From the NCBI GenBank assembly GCA_964106915.2, contig OZ066918.1: a stretch of DNA of 64,000 nt. One strand, given 5' to 3'. The number at the start of each line of letters is the position of its first letter. Position 1 is the stretch's first letter. A program made the position numbers and the translations under genes. The notes under the pieces were generated by a model, which was not told where the DNA came from, did not search any database, and was given only the letters and a program-made list of their open reading frames with translations. This DNA is from Podarcis gaigeae (Eukaryota). Of the stretch, positions 11,761 to 26,400 are shown piece by piece.

Positions 11761-14450
11761 GTAAAGAAGCTCTCCAGGTTTGCCTGATTTATCATGAACC
11801 ACTTAGCTGGGCAAGTTTGCAATGTATATGAAGAAGAGAGATCTATGTGCCTAAATGGTGATGCTTCTTAGCTGCATACATCTTGGTATGCAAATCCCGT
11901 TCTCTCTCCCTTTGTTATCTCAATGTTTGAATTTTGAGCACTTATTTACATGATTTCAGCTTTCCACAGTTACTAATGTATGTATTGACAACCTCCTCTG
12001 GTGTATATTTGCACAAGAAGTCAATTACACCGACTGTTTTGGGTAACCTATACTTGCTATGAATGGTAAAGCCCACATAGTTTTACCTATTCAAAATGTT
12101 TTTCTTTGAAATTGTTTTCATGGCCAGTTATACTGAAAGTGGAGGTGGGGAGCCCTTGTTAATCCAGAGCCTCTTGATCTAGTAAACAAATCTTAGTGTG
12201 AAGCAAGTTAGCAGAGACTTTCTCCGTAAACAGGCCTTCAAATATTGCTGTGAAAGATCCCTCTACTGCACTGATGCAGCCTGTAATGTGCAGGAAAAAT
12301 TGCTTAAAGTTAGGGGTGGATGCCCGTGACATACAAAAGAATCTGTGGCAAAGATTTTGCAGTCTGCTGTCTGGTATCCTTATGTAGTCTCCTCTTATAT
12401 GGGAATGGGATGAAAGTTGGCCATTTAGGAGTTGACAGGGCCAGTGCTTATCTAGTCCATAACCAAACACAATTGGGAAAAGGCAGAGAAAACCTGTTGT
12501 GGGCATATAAAGGGAATTTATTGATCGGTTCTTGATTCTTTGACAGCTTTCTGAATGTTGCAGACTGGGAATTGCTGGTGGAGCTTCTTGGAGATATTTG
12601 CCTTACGTATGATTTAATACTCAAGTGATTAAGGCTTTGTAGTTTTGCACGTTTTCTGTCAGTTGTGCTGTCACAAAGTGAAGATTGTAGGAAGCTAAGC
12701 TATTGGCTTTAAAGACTTGCAGAAGATGATGTAACCCTTTACAAGAGAGATGGAGAGGAGGAAGGAATGCTTTGTTATATAAACTTCTTTCTACTTCATT
12801 TTAAAAAGTTGTTTGTGTGTAATAATCAGGGCATTACCTCTCCCTTTTTATTTTCCATTTGATGATTTTTATTTTTTAAAAAAGCTGCTTTCAAATATTG
12901 TAATAATACAGCTCTCTCTCTCTTACTTTTTGTATAAGATTTGAGATGTCTCATCTCACATTCAGGTGACAAAATTGTGATTTGCTGCTAGGGTTGTCTG
13001 CAGTGTTAGAATCAGAAGTTGGCATCATTGGGCACCTCCCAAAACCCACATCCCAGCATGAGGGCCACTACTGTCCTATGGTCTTGCTCCATTTCCTCTT
13101 TGATACCAATTGACCTGTCCTCTATGTATGAAGAATGACAGGATCAAGGGGAAGGAGCAGTAGGTTCCATTTGCCTTTCCATCTCCTGGGTAGTGGTGCA
13201 AATTGATCCCCAGGGAAGAGGATACTTGTAGTGCTGAAGAGAAAGGTCCACTCAGGGAGGAGTCTTACTGAAGGCCTCTTTCCCAAGGACCCTGCAAAAT
13301 CTGGAACTGGCACTGGATGCCTCTCTCTCCAGACCTCCATGGTATTTACAATTGTTCAGTCCTTCAATGCAAATAGAGAGGTGATTGGAAATGACTATGT
13401 GTTGTGCTTTAGTCTATTACTTTATGATTGGCTAGAAGGCTGAAGATGAAAGGCAAATATAGGTAGATGTACATGCCACAGGTGGTTAACATGAGGTAGA
13501 ATTAAAACCATGACAAAACTGCTGATACTGTGTAGAACAAGGGATGCCAAAGTGGTGCCCCCTTGATTTTGTTGGATTACAACTCCATCAAATTTCAGTC
13601 AGCACAGACTGCAGTTAGGGATGATGGGAGTTGTAGTCCAGCGACATCTGCAGGGAACCATCCTGGCTATCTGAAGTAGAAAGAACACAGCTTGGTGTCA
13701 TAATGATGACAGTGGCATATAGGCAATTTTCGCATTGTGGTATGCTTGGAACAACAAAGGAAATAATCACTTTTGAGAGGCTTCCGCTGGGCTCCTGCCC
13801 TTTTGTCCCACCTTTCTTTCCTTGCCTTCCTATTATGGAAGAGGGAGAGAGGGAAAACCTGTTTTGAAAGCCGTGTGGGAGCTGCCACTGATTATTATAT
13901 GCCAGATTGGTGCTGTCAGCACTGCTGTCTTTCGCCTCAACATGCATGTCTGGTTACATCAGCATCTTGGGAGCAATCTCCTCTGCTCCAGTTTCCCGGG
14001 GACCCTGAGGCACTACGAACACATGATCACAAGCTTTTCTGAGAGTGCAGGAGAAGAATTTCCTTCTGTTTGCCTTTGTTACCTTGCGCTCAAATCTCCT
14101 GTCTTGGGTAGCTTATCAGTTCTACAGCGGTATTCATCAATCCCACCACCAGAGTTGCTTAGTAAAGCTAAGGCTTTGTATAATCTGTGCTCCCTCCTTA
14201 ATGGGAAGGGGTGTGTGAATCAGATTTAAGGGAAGCACAAATTCATGTACTTTGAATAAAAACGTTATGTAATTTAAAAGCGAAAGGACAGAGTTCCACC
14301 TATTCCATGGCCACTGAGGTGTCTACTTTCTGAGTGTTCAGCAGACTATTTCCTCTGCACTTACATGTGTCCCTGTGCATCTATGCTGGTTTTAGAAACA
14401 GTGAATGCAAAATGTTATTCTTAAGATTTCAGATTCTGAATGTGTATGTA

Positions 14451-14492
<42 letters not shown>

Positions 14493-17400
14493 CGCACTAT
14501 AATATGTAGCTTGATTTGAACTATTAAATTTGTCAGCTCAGAGAGTGCTGGTTTGCAGAAATTGCTGTTTTCAGTTGTTGGCTGGCTACCCATAAAACAT
14601 TTTTTAAAGGTTTTGACGTAGGATCCATGGGTAAATTATAACAATTCAGTTAGCTATTAGTCTGGGAAGACATAGTTAAACATATGACAGGGTCCAAATG
14701 GTTGGAAGTTCAAACTAGAAGAGATCTGAAGATTGAAAAACATGGATTTAGTGCAGTGAACCATCAGGCAATCCTGCTAGTGAGTTCCCGATTTTCTAAT
14801 GGCTTTTAGTTAGAACTGGATGCCTCTCTAAGGAGCTGCTCTGGATGATTAACAGCCTCTTTCCCCCAAAACAGCATGTTATTAATCTAGGATTGCTACA
14901 CTGAAGATTTTAAAAAAATTATTGCCCTATCCCTCCTCTGAGCTGTTAGGGTTCCTTTGACCCTTCTCAGAGGATGTGGCACTTAAGGAAACAATGAGTC
15001 CTTTTTCCTGTTAAAAAGATATTTGAAACATTCCCAATGAAATGCTTCCCAATGATACAGTTGGTGATACAGGAAATGTAACATTAAGCATCCATTTCTC
15101 ATGGTTTCCTTCCTTCCACCCTCCACTTTCAGCCCACTGGTGTGGTAAGTTCTGTGCCTTACATATTAAACAATTTACAGTTATCATTCTTCATCAGAGA
15201 TGAGCAACTGACTCTTAAAGTTGTAATGGTGTCTCTAACACGTTCCTGGCTATTGGCTATTCTTTGTCATTATTGTAACTACATGCGGCAATGGTAGTCA
15301 CAATGTTGGTCATCCATCAAGTGGCTGTTTAGGATAGTTATTGTACTCCAGGAGATGACAGGGATCCATCCATCCTAGTACTGCTTGGAAACTTGTGCTT
15401 CTGCTGCTTAGGAACAAGAGGAGAAGCAAATGAAGGCTTGAAGCTCTGTGGAAGGAAGGAAGCACCAGGCCACAAATAATCTATGGAAACAGAATCCAAT
15501 GAACACTGGGTTCTGTATTGTTAGGAGTTGCTGACCACTGCTCCAGATGGTGAGCTGCATGAGTGCAGTTTTTCAAGGGCTTCCTGTCTCAGCGGCACTT
15601 AGCTTAAATTACAAGACAACCCGAGTTCTGTTGTGCTTATCTGTTCCCTTTGATCTTGACTCTTGGCTTGATCTCTGGCTCTTTATTATTAGGCTTGAGC
15701 TGCTAGTTTCTCACCCAGCCCTGACAAGATTTGCAGAATGGTACAGAAGATTTGATGAGTATCAACTAGGGGTATTAGTGGTGGGGCTGATTTGCTCAGC
15801 TCATAGAGGAGGTGGGAACTCTGTTGTGGCTCCGGATTGAACCACCAGCTCTAGGAGCTCAGTGGCCAGCATGGGGGTGGAGTAGTGTGACTATGTTAAT
15901 ATTTTGCTTAGGGGTGCCCTCAATAATGGTCAAGGTATTAGAATGGGCCTTCTTACCACACTACTACCTGCTGTGATAGATTGGGACAACTAAAATATGA
16001 ACTGTGTTCTACTATCCGTAGTGTCCAGAGAGCATTTGGAATTTCTGTGGAATGAAGTGCTGTCTAAAGGAAATACTTATCAATGGAACAGCAAGGCATT
16101 CCATGCCAGTACTTGGATAAAGGCAGCTCTGAAAGCCTGTTAACATATTTCATGTGGGAGGGTGTTAGCTGATTAATGGCTTTTAAGTTCATTGTTTTTA
16201 TTTAATTCAGTCTGTTAGACAAATTAAATAAATAGCTTAGCATATTAAAGCAGACTACTCTCCCAAGCAGCCTTGCTTCACTGTATTTCCTCTGTTTGTG
16301 TCAGAGGAGCAAGACCTACTGAACGAGGTGCTCAGTATATGCCATTGATTCACTTCTACCCATTGTCTGACTCATGGGACTGTAGATTATTGATAGCAAG
16401 GTTACTGTTGATTAACATCTTTGACTGGAAGTTGCTACAATTGAAATATGATTTAAAAAATTAAGCTACAAATAATTAATTGCACCTCAATTATGGCCTA
16501 TGACAAAGGTCTCATTTAAGATCTTATTCTCCATTCCCCCCAAAGAAGTCACATCTCCCTTTGAATATACAAAGCACAGAATGGGTTCTGTCTGTCAGGT
16601 AGCTAGTTAATGCTGCAATAGCCCATCTCCCAACTTCCAAAAGTAGTGTGGCTGACTTTTGATTGGTTAGCCACAGCCATCAGTCAGTCAATGTCCACCT
16701 GGGCCAGAACCATTTAAAAAGATGACTAATGCCAAACAGTCCTTAGTCCCTCAACCTTACCATCTATGCTGCTATGTTAGATGAGAGGCCTCTTTGGAAG
16801 TAGCTACAATAGGACAGACTTTCCTTTCCTTTTAAAGTACTGTTCTGTTTTTACCTTTGCCTTTCTCTGTTTTTTAATTCTTCATGAAGTTCATAAGATT
16901 TGGCTGTTGGGAGTCTTGGGAGCCAAAATGTGAAGGTTCTCTTGCATGACTGGCCTACCTTGATGGGCAATTGGAATGAAGTACCCTCTTCCACCAAAGT
17001 GTCCACCTTATCCCAATAATTCAAATGGGAAATGGTCATTTTGCTGTAAACTGCACCAGAGCTTTCTGGGAACAGTAGAACGTACCTACACATTTCACAC
17101 AAATGTGTATATCTAAGGTGTGTGTGTGTGTGTGTGTGTGTGTAATGAAAAACACCCTGGGGAGGCTGGTCTTCAGCAGCCTGTTTGGTATAGAGGTCCA
17201 GCAATTTCAAGCCCTCATTTCAAGTGGTGTGTAGTCATACCCACTGCCTGATTTTCAGCCTTCCTTCCTCTGTGTAACTAGGGCCCCTCAGCTTCTCTGC
17301 AGATTCCCTGGTGCAGTGTGGGGGGTCTTGCAGCTGGCGCAGGAGCCATGACTAGGAACTGGCACTCAGCCTGCAGGCTTTTCTCTGAGACTTTTCCCAC

Positions 17401-20400
17401 AAAGCATCGCTAATTGCATTATGGCTATCTGGCAGCCAAACTGAGAAGACCACAGTCCTTACCTTGTAGAGGTGGCATTTGGATTAGCGAGTTTAACATT
17501 TTGCAAATGTTACCTAATGCCAAATGGAACAGGAGTAATCAAGTCTGTTTATGGAAATATTTTTTTACATGTAGAAACAGCTAAACCTTGCCTGACACAG
17601 GCATTATTTGTACAATCAAAATACCAGCTTAGTTTTTGTTGAGAACAAGTTGGTTTGATCTAAAATGCCTTGTTATGGCAGAAATGTGTAAATGCTGCTG
17701 CTGCTATGTGATTCTGCTAGTTTATAAAGCTAGTTTGCTGGGATTGTATGCCCCATCATGCACATAGCTGTCTGAGACATCTTGATAACTTTAGTAGATT
17801 TCTGTCAACCTCTGCTCCCCTCCCTCCTCTTTAAGGTATTCTACCACTCGTGTCTGGAGGAAGGGTTTAATATCAAATCCTTGCATATAGATCATACCAT
17901 CAAAAGCATGGGTGATTGACCTGTGGCCCTGTAGGTTATGTTGAATTCCTACTCCCATCAGCTCCAGTCAGCATGGCCATTGGTCACGGATAATGAGAGC
18001 TGTAGTTCAGCAACATTTGGAAGCCACAGATTCTCCACTCCAGTCTAAAGAGTGAGATCTTGGTTAGAGAGTGTGCTTTTCTCTGCAACCATAAAAACAA
18101 GGAGGTTCTCCTCTTCATTTTCCCCAGCTGAAGACTGTAGTTTTCAGTGTTCTAACAAATTTTGATTGGCCTGGACAACATTTTCAGTAAGCTAGCCTGA
18201 TTAGGGTATTTGCATACGTTACCAATTTGCATAAAGAGCTGGATTTTGTTACTTGCAGTGTCAAGAATAACTGATGAAGCATTAACGCATCACTTCGGAG
18301 ATTTGGCTTTGGTTCTTTGGTCTGCCACTCACTTCACTGTGTAAACTGCCTGCTCTGTCAGCTCTTTGCATTTCTTTTGACACAATTCTATGTACTGTAC
18401 GTATATTCAGAAGCAGGTCTTCTGAGTGAGGCTTACTCTCAAGTAAGTGTGTGTAGGATTGCAGCTGATAATTCAGTATCTGCACATACGAGCTGAGGAT
18501 TTTGGAAGTGCTCAGCACCGAAAAATATGAATGCCTCATAGCTGAACTTTAGAGAAGCAAAGAGTAGAGCTGTTCCTGAAATCAGCTCACTGCAGAACAA
18601 GTAATGAAGTTAGCCTTGGGGTTAGCATACTTTAGAAGTGGCATAAATATAATGGGGAAGAAGTGAACTGATGTAACATAATGGTGCCGTTTGTGTCTTT
18701 TTTTTACACCAGTGTTGACACGGGTGTATGAGTTGATAATGCTATTTTATTTTATTTTTAAGCCCTAAAAGACTCTGGACCAGTTAAGGACTGTCTTGCT
18801 CCTTATGTCCCTTCCTGAACACTCTGATCATTGGGAGATAAACTCTTGGTGGCGACTCTTACGCCTCCTGTCTGCTTCACAGTTGTTAGGAGCAGGGTGT
18901 ATAGCACTGTAGCACCTGCTTGGTAGAACTTTCTCCTGATTAGTATCAGACAAGCATTTACTCCCTGCCCCCTGGCAAAAACTTATTTTATAAAGGCAAG
19001 CATTTACAATGCCAACTTTTAAACACGTGCTCAAAACTTTTTTTGTTCACTTGGACATTCCCTGAAGTGTGACAGATTGCTGATCATAGGCCTCTAACGT
19101 TAGTTTCTGATGGCCACTCCAAAGAGAAAAGAGCCCTTTTCTAAAGGGCTGACTTCCAACAGGGGTGGACACTGCTATGGGTTAAATGTTTCATGTGGGG
19201 CCTTGCATTTGAATATTTGCATGTTTCAGGTTCAGTTTGATTTGTAAAAGTTTGGTACAGTGGATGATGTGTTAGCTTTAGATGTGTGGAGGCCCAGTCT
19301 CAAATTCTTGCTTTATGCAGTACACGCTGTAGCTTTCTTTGCTAATTACTTCACAATGTACTTGTTGGGATTTATAAAGAATTATAAATTGCATCATGCT
19401 TGAATTTCAGTGTTGCTGAAATTCCTTTGGCCACCAAAACCCATGTTTTGCTACTGTGAATTCAGACATTTTAAAGTGACCTCAGTTCTCAGAAGCATTT
19501 AGATTTTTATAAAATAAAATAAATAGTCAGTATGCAGGGAGGCATTTGATGAATTCAGGTAAAAATTTCCTGAGGATCATGAACTTTTAAGGACTTGATG
19601 GTGAGGGAGAGTGGCCTCATGCTGTTGTAGGATGTACATCTATATTTGTATTTTTAAAAGTTATATTTCAGCGGAGTCATTTATTGAACATTAGTATATC
19701 TACAAATTACAAAATACTGTTCCAGATTTTCATGATTTTTCTTCAAGTTATTACCTGAAAGGGCTATAGTACTTTTGATTTCTGACTTCTGACTTCTCAT
19801 ACTGACAAAGCTTGTTGCTTCCAGCTGTTGTTGTTGTTGGTGGTGGTGTTGGTGTTGCTGCTGCTGCTGCTATTTTTGACATCCACTGTGGCAAGAGGAC
19901 TGCTCTCTTCATTTGAGTTTTTGGAAGCAATGGAGAGTTGAGCCTGTTCCCTTTCCAAGTCTGATGTGGTTTGACAGCTCCTTTGTGGGTCTTTGCCTTT
20001 CAGATCTCGTAGGAGGATAAATGGCTGTAGCTGGTCACTGAATGATGAATTTTAGCAGCTGGAACTGCATCCATCCATGAAATAGACACGATGCAGACTC
20101 CCCTGAGAGCTAAAAGGAGTGATTGAAAATTAATATTGTTTGAATTGAACTCCTTAGGCCTTTCAGTTAAACTCATAATGCAGGCAGCAATTACAATCGG
20201 ATCTGCTACAGCGTGTCACCACAGCAGAAAGCCTCTTGTTATTGTTTCACAGTGGTATTGGCAGGCATGCAATGTGTGGGGTAACACCTCTGAGTAGTGC
20301 ATGTCTGTTGGTATGTGACTGGGAGGAACGCATTGGAAGACAAAATGTATTTTACCAGAGGACTCACTGCTTGGCTCATCCAGACCTGGACACATCCATT

Positions 20401-23400
20401 TTCTATTCAAAACAAGCATTAAATACAATATCAAGAAAAATGATGGCCTAAATATCAAACTGTCTTTAGCATACAAGGTATTCACTGGAAGCGTGTGCAG
20501 AGGGGCAAGTCTTCCGGATATTTGCTGTAAGAAGGAAGGTGCTTGTAAACATTACGTGTCCTTGGGTGATGTACGCAACCATGCCATAGGAACAGTTTGA
20601 AAAGGTAATTGTAGGAACATGTTGGAGTGTTTGCAGTCATTCTTGTAAAGAGAAGGAGGGCTCTTGAGAAATTCTTGTGGCAGGCAGCTCTTGCCTGAAG
20701 CTTATGTTTCTGATGGAGCTTATAAAAGGTTCTAAAACAACCTGTTTTACGGTTTCTTAACCCAGAGTTTATCACCCTTTCCCCCCACCCTGCTACTTTG
20801 AAACTCTTGCGAGAGAGTGAGAGATGTTTTTCTTCGAAGGACATCCTCCCATTGCAGAGCTTAAATGTGGTAGTTTTGCTTTTCAATCTCCCAGAACCTG
20901 CAAATTAAGTTTCTACAGAATCAAACTGCAGCAGCAGAAGAGGGATTAGGACCATGGTGGTGCAAAGGAGAAAACAGCTCTGATCACTCAAAATAATAAT
21001 TCTAATTCGACTTGCAGTGGATTACATGTGTTGAATTGCTCTAGTTAATGACTCAACGTAATCCAAATAGTGACAGTTTTTATTACATTTATACAGTATT
21101 CTGCCCTTTCCCCACAGTTTTTGTTTCTCAAAAAGAAAAGAAAAGAAAAGAAAAAAGCAGAAGATCAGCACTTCTGTGAGATTGGCTGAGGTGAACTTCC
21201 ACCTAGTCTCCATAACTGAGTGCCTAAGGCCAAATCACTGCAGTGCATCGTCTTAAGTTTGGAAAAGCCTTTTTTAAATGGGCTGAATTCAGATATGCTA
21301 CTTTATGTATAATCTGAGCATCTGGATTTTTTGGTAAAGTTTATTATTATTATTCCTCCATGTTATAATTTATAAAAAAGTGATAACAATGATAGTTTCC
21401 ATAGTGCTCTCCAGATGTTGTGGTCTACAACTCCCATTAACCTCTGGCCAGCATGGCCCATGGGCAGGGATCATAGGAGCTGTAAATCACAACATTTGGA
21501 GGGCACCATGTTTTCTACCCCTGCATTGGAACAAAGATGAAACAGCTGGGGGTATGCTCATCTCAAAACTGTGAAATCATGCATATTTTACGGGATGATA
21601 TATCAGTTCAGTCCATAATCGGTTGCCTTATCTTAATAAAATCTGAGAAAACTTCCCACCACATTATCTTAGTGTGGCTGAAATTTGAGGAGGAATTTGT
21701 GGTCATAAGAAGAATAAATTACTTAAGGGGCCTCTAAGAGAGCTAATCCACATTCGTGGTACTGAGTGGTCTGGTAAGGAGAGGCAGCTGTTAATACAAT
21801 CTTGTTCCCTCTCAGTGACTTGAATAGTGCATGAAGTATGTATCCCTGCAACCCTATATTATAAAATACCATGCTGCTTTAAACCTCTCCAGCATGATTA
21901 CTGGGCATAGCTATGGAGGCATCCTCCAGACCTAGTAAATAACGTTTCATTTTTCGACAGGAGTGATGGATGAATGCGGCATCCTTGCTGAGGATAAACT
22001 GAGAAACAGCTGTCATTGTACAGAGCATTTAGCTATTGCTTATTGTTAAAGCCTTGGCGCTTGGGAAAACTACTCTGATAAAACTCCTGGCCAAGACTGG
22101 AGCCTTCAGGACAGACAGCTGCATTGTGAGAAGTGTTTGCTGGCTTCCTCCCTGGGATTCAGCGCAGACCTTGATTTCTTTTGGTTTCTTTGTGATCTTT
22201 TTGGAAACAGTTATGATAGCATTGTAAACAAGCCCACAAAAGTTCCTCTCCTGGTTTTTTGTTTTGTTTTTGTAAACTGATTTGTGGTTTTTAAATAATC
22301 AAGCGGTGTATAAATTTCATGAAATAAATAAATAAAAATAACACAGCCAGCAAGGCTGATGGAGCCTTGTTATGGTGGGTGAGTTCCGAACCATTAGTGC
22401 TGAGATGTTCCTCCTTCAGGGAGTACATTTTTTCATGCTGTTTCTAAAGAAGCGGCAACAGGAAAATCTCTCCACAGGCCATGCTTTTCAATGCATCCCT
22501 CTTCCATTTGTCAAAGCGATGTTCCTATAAACATAAACAGTGAATGGAAGCTAAGTAGCTGGCTCAGAAGTACAGAGGGTGAATTCTGCCGTAATCTTTT
22601 GTTGTTTGATCTCTGTGGGAAATAGAAGCAGGAAGAGAGGCTGACAGGCTGCTTTCTGTGTGTGTATTTATTCTGACATACCTTGATGGAGCTTCTGGTT
22701 GTGTTGATCCATTGTCTCTCTGGTGTCCATGTATCTAGGCTGACCTAAAGCCATGAAGCCCCAGATGCTATGGATGCACCCCTCTATGGGATGATGTATT
22801 TGGCACTTGCCCCTGGAGGTGCTCATGTGTGAACATGCCCATATTTATAGACAGGTTTTAATCTAGAAGAAGAGCAGGTGTTGTGTACAATGTATAAGAA
22901 GTGGACTAAAACATGCTGGCAGGTTTGCAATGACATGTAGATTTTTTTGCTCTAATTTTGTTTTAGCACTTCAAATAAAAACCAAAGCCAAGTGAACCTA
23001 GTGCATAAAATCCAAATTGGGGAGAACTGTCTAGCAGTGTGAAGCAGTTGTTTCTGGATCCTAAATGTTGATCTCATTCCCATAAAAGGAAGGGAATTGT
23101 CTCTCTTTGAGACCTAAGCATCCTCTGTCATTGTTTTTTCAAGAAAATAGAGCCACTTTCTCCCTTTTGAAAGCACCCCATCTTTCCCCCCTGCAAAACA
23201 AACAAAAACGGTTGTCCTGACTGGGACTTACTCCATTGCACAATCATTTATCCTTTTATGCTGTCTTTCAAAGCAGCCTTCGTATGACACCAAACTGTTT
23301 CCCTTGAAATGGAAGCATCAGGAGGCTGTGCAAGCAAACAACATTCAGAGCTGCTTCAAAGTAGACACTAGGCTTATAAGGCTCTGGAATCTAGTCTGTC

Positions 23401-26400
23401 ATCCACATTCTAGTTTCCTATTTTGTGTAGTATAAGGGCTGCTGACTGTAATTGTATTATTAGAGCATAAACTAGCATCTAAGGATTGTAGAAATCAATG
23501 GGACATACGTACTAGGCAAATGGAGGTAAGCACACAGGACTCCAAAGTGCATGTTCTTACAGATGCAGACTTCCACTTGCTTCACTGAGCATTTTAACTC
23601 GTACAGATTCACACAATCTGAAATGCTAAGTAGAAGCTGACACCCTGAGGGCTCAGTAACACATATTTCCTGGAATTGGCAGGGGTTGGAGGAAGGCAGC
23701 ACAACCCAAAGGAGACAGAGAGTGGAACTGAAGGCAAATGGAGCAAAACAGCAAAACAAAACAACTGTACCCACCAACCCAGAGCAGAAGGGTATTCTCT
23801 GGTCTACGCAGGCTAGAACCCAATGTGGCTAAAGACACTTCCCAGTTAAAAGGAGCAAGAATAATATCCAAATGCTGTTCTCTTCTACTGTGTAGCACAG
23901 GAGAATTTATATTGGTCAGATGTTCTACACCTTTGATCTTACCCAAATATAAGGCTGATCTTATTTCACAAGGAGAGAGGCAAAGGCTGAGAAGGATAAA
24001 TTGAAAAACTGGTCCAAGGTGAACTGCTGGAACATAGTTTATAGAATTGCTGTCACATCAGAATGCTTCCTCACATTAAGATGTGTAAAACACATTGTGA
24101 GATTCCCATTTGGTGCATGGGTGGTGCTTTGAAGCTGAAGGTTGCCAACAGAGAAAGCTCTTGGCAGAGAAGACAGATTTTTCTTTCAATCTCTACTGTT
24201 GTGATTGTAGAAGCCGAGAGGCCATTAAACCAGTTTGACTGGAGATTGCTGTGGGTAATCGCTCTTCCCTCTAATCACACAAAAATGAGGAAGTACTAGA
24301 AAGATTTTAGCTTAAAAATATGCAGTGTTGGACATGGCTCCACAGTGGAAAGTATTTAGTAGAGGGTGGTTCTCTGGGTGTTGCTGGACTAGAAGTCCCA
24401 TTATCCTTGGCCATTGGCCATGTTGCCTGGGTCTGATGGGAGGGCCACAGGTTCTCCAATTTAATGGAAACTGTGCTTAATATGAACGATGCAGTGGATA
24501 GGGTTGCCATATTTCAAAAAGTGAAAATCCAGACCGCTTTTTGGGGGCCAAAGTAGTTTTGCCGAAAGAGTTGTTGAACTTTTGGACGCTGCCAACATTG
24601 GTTGCCGTACATTGGGAATTTCCTGGACATTTCACCCAGACACTGCTTCTGGCTGTAGTATTCCGGGTATGTCCTGTAAATTCCAGACATATGGCAACCC
24701 TGCAGTGGATCAGAAATGGATGATGATAAGTATTGATAATAGAATCCTATTCTGCTGGCACAGCTGAGTCATATTTACAATTCAAGCTGCACCTCTTAGT
24801 CATTGGTTCCCATATGGAATCTCTCTCACTCTCTCATTTACCTGGAAGGAAGTGTAGCATGGAAGGTGCTTGTTGTACATGGGTAAAAGTCTGATCTGGT
24901 GCTCCACCCCCTTTTGATTTGGGCTCCACCCGTCACTGGCAGGTGGCCCCTGAATTGCTGCTCATGAGTTAGTGCAGCCTTTGGACTGAGAAAGGTTCCC
25001 CATTTCTGATCTAGACAGAACAAATTTGATAGGTGCCAGTGCTAAAATGTTTGTGGTAAATGAGGGGTAGGGATTCCTTTTGGCCTGGCGGAACAGATCT
25101 TTATTTCCCTCGACTGCATGGGCCAATGTTCGCTGGTGGGCAGGGTCACTCTTGCTGATCAGATGACTGACAGGTAGGCAGGGCCACTCATCTCTCAGAG
25201 TTAATCCATTGAGTGGGAAGAGGGGGGTTCAGCTAGTTGGGGTTCAGTCCTGCTGTCTGCAGGGCTCTACACCCAATGTGACTTACATGTAACAGGATCC
25301 CACTCATAACTCTGGCTATGTATCTAAAAAATACAGTTTCTTTTTCAGAAGGGTATTGACGGGCTTATTTAAATTGCAAGAAAACCTTCAAGCTGTTTTC
25401 TTTGAGCTAGTTCCACTGTGACATTTCGGCTTTACCAGTAAGCTTCAGAAACTCATCCCATGTGTGCAGGTATGTAAAAAAAATATTCTGCCCAAGTGAC
25501 ACAGCATGCATCTGGGTTATCTCATGAGCTGAGGCTGGATATGTGGATAGGATTATTTACCAGCAACTTGTGCATGTGCACAAATCTAACAAATATTTTG
25601 CATTAATTAATGTACCTATAGGATTCATTCTCCAAGCCATTTTGTGGTTGCTTAATATTGCATCAAACCTGGCTTTAGCTTCAGCATCTCACTTCCATAA
25701 GTGATAGATTTTGTTCAAACAGTTAAATCAAGGACCAAGTCTCTGTTCTACTGTACTGGAGAAAGCAGCTCTCTTAACCTCCTTTCATGTCCTGGGATTG
25801 TTCTCTTAAAAGCTTCCTTTTCCAACAGCACTGCATCATCCTCAGTAATTTCTGATTCACTTTGTTCTTGCTTCCCAGTATGGCAGGAGCTTTTAACTTG
25901 CCCTGCAGCCATTTTCCTCCTTTGCTGCAGGCAGAGGGCAGAGCATTTTGCTCTTTTGCAAGTTTTAACNNNNNNNNNNNNNNNNNNNNNNNNNNNNNNN
26001 NNNNNNNNNNNNNNNNNNNNNNNNNNNNNNNNNNNNNNNNNNNNNNNNNNNNNNNNNNNNNNNNNNNNNNNNNNNNNNNNNNNNNNNNNNNNNNNNNNNN
26101 NNNNNNNNNNNNNTTTCCAGAGCATCTGATTTCTTGGATCAGACAGATTATACCAAAAAATCTTCATTGATCAAATAATTACACTATGGTGCTAAATATT
26201 TTATGTGGAAGTTAAATATGTTTGGAGCTTACTCTCACACCAGAATTTTGGCTTCTCAGAGTTAATATGTTAAGGTTCCACCCTAGCACTGAACCTGAAA
26301 CAAATAACCTTTCATATTTATTCCACACATGTGCAAAGTTGCCTTATGGAGTAGTAGTAGTAGTTCATTTTTCCTGTTTACACTTGAGAAAACCAAGTTG

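Noticed and set aside
25701-26170. ORFs spanning the N run
   Set aside because: Artefacts of the assembly gap.
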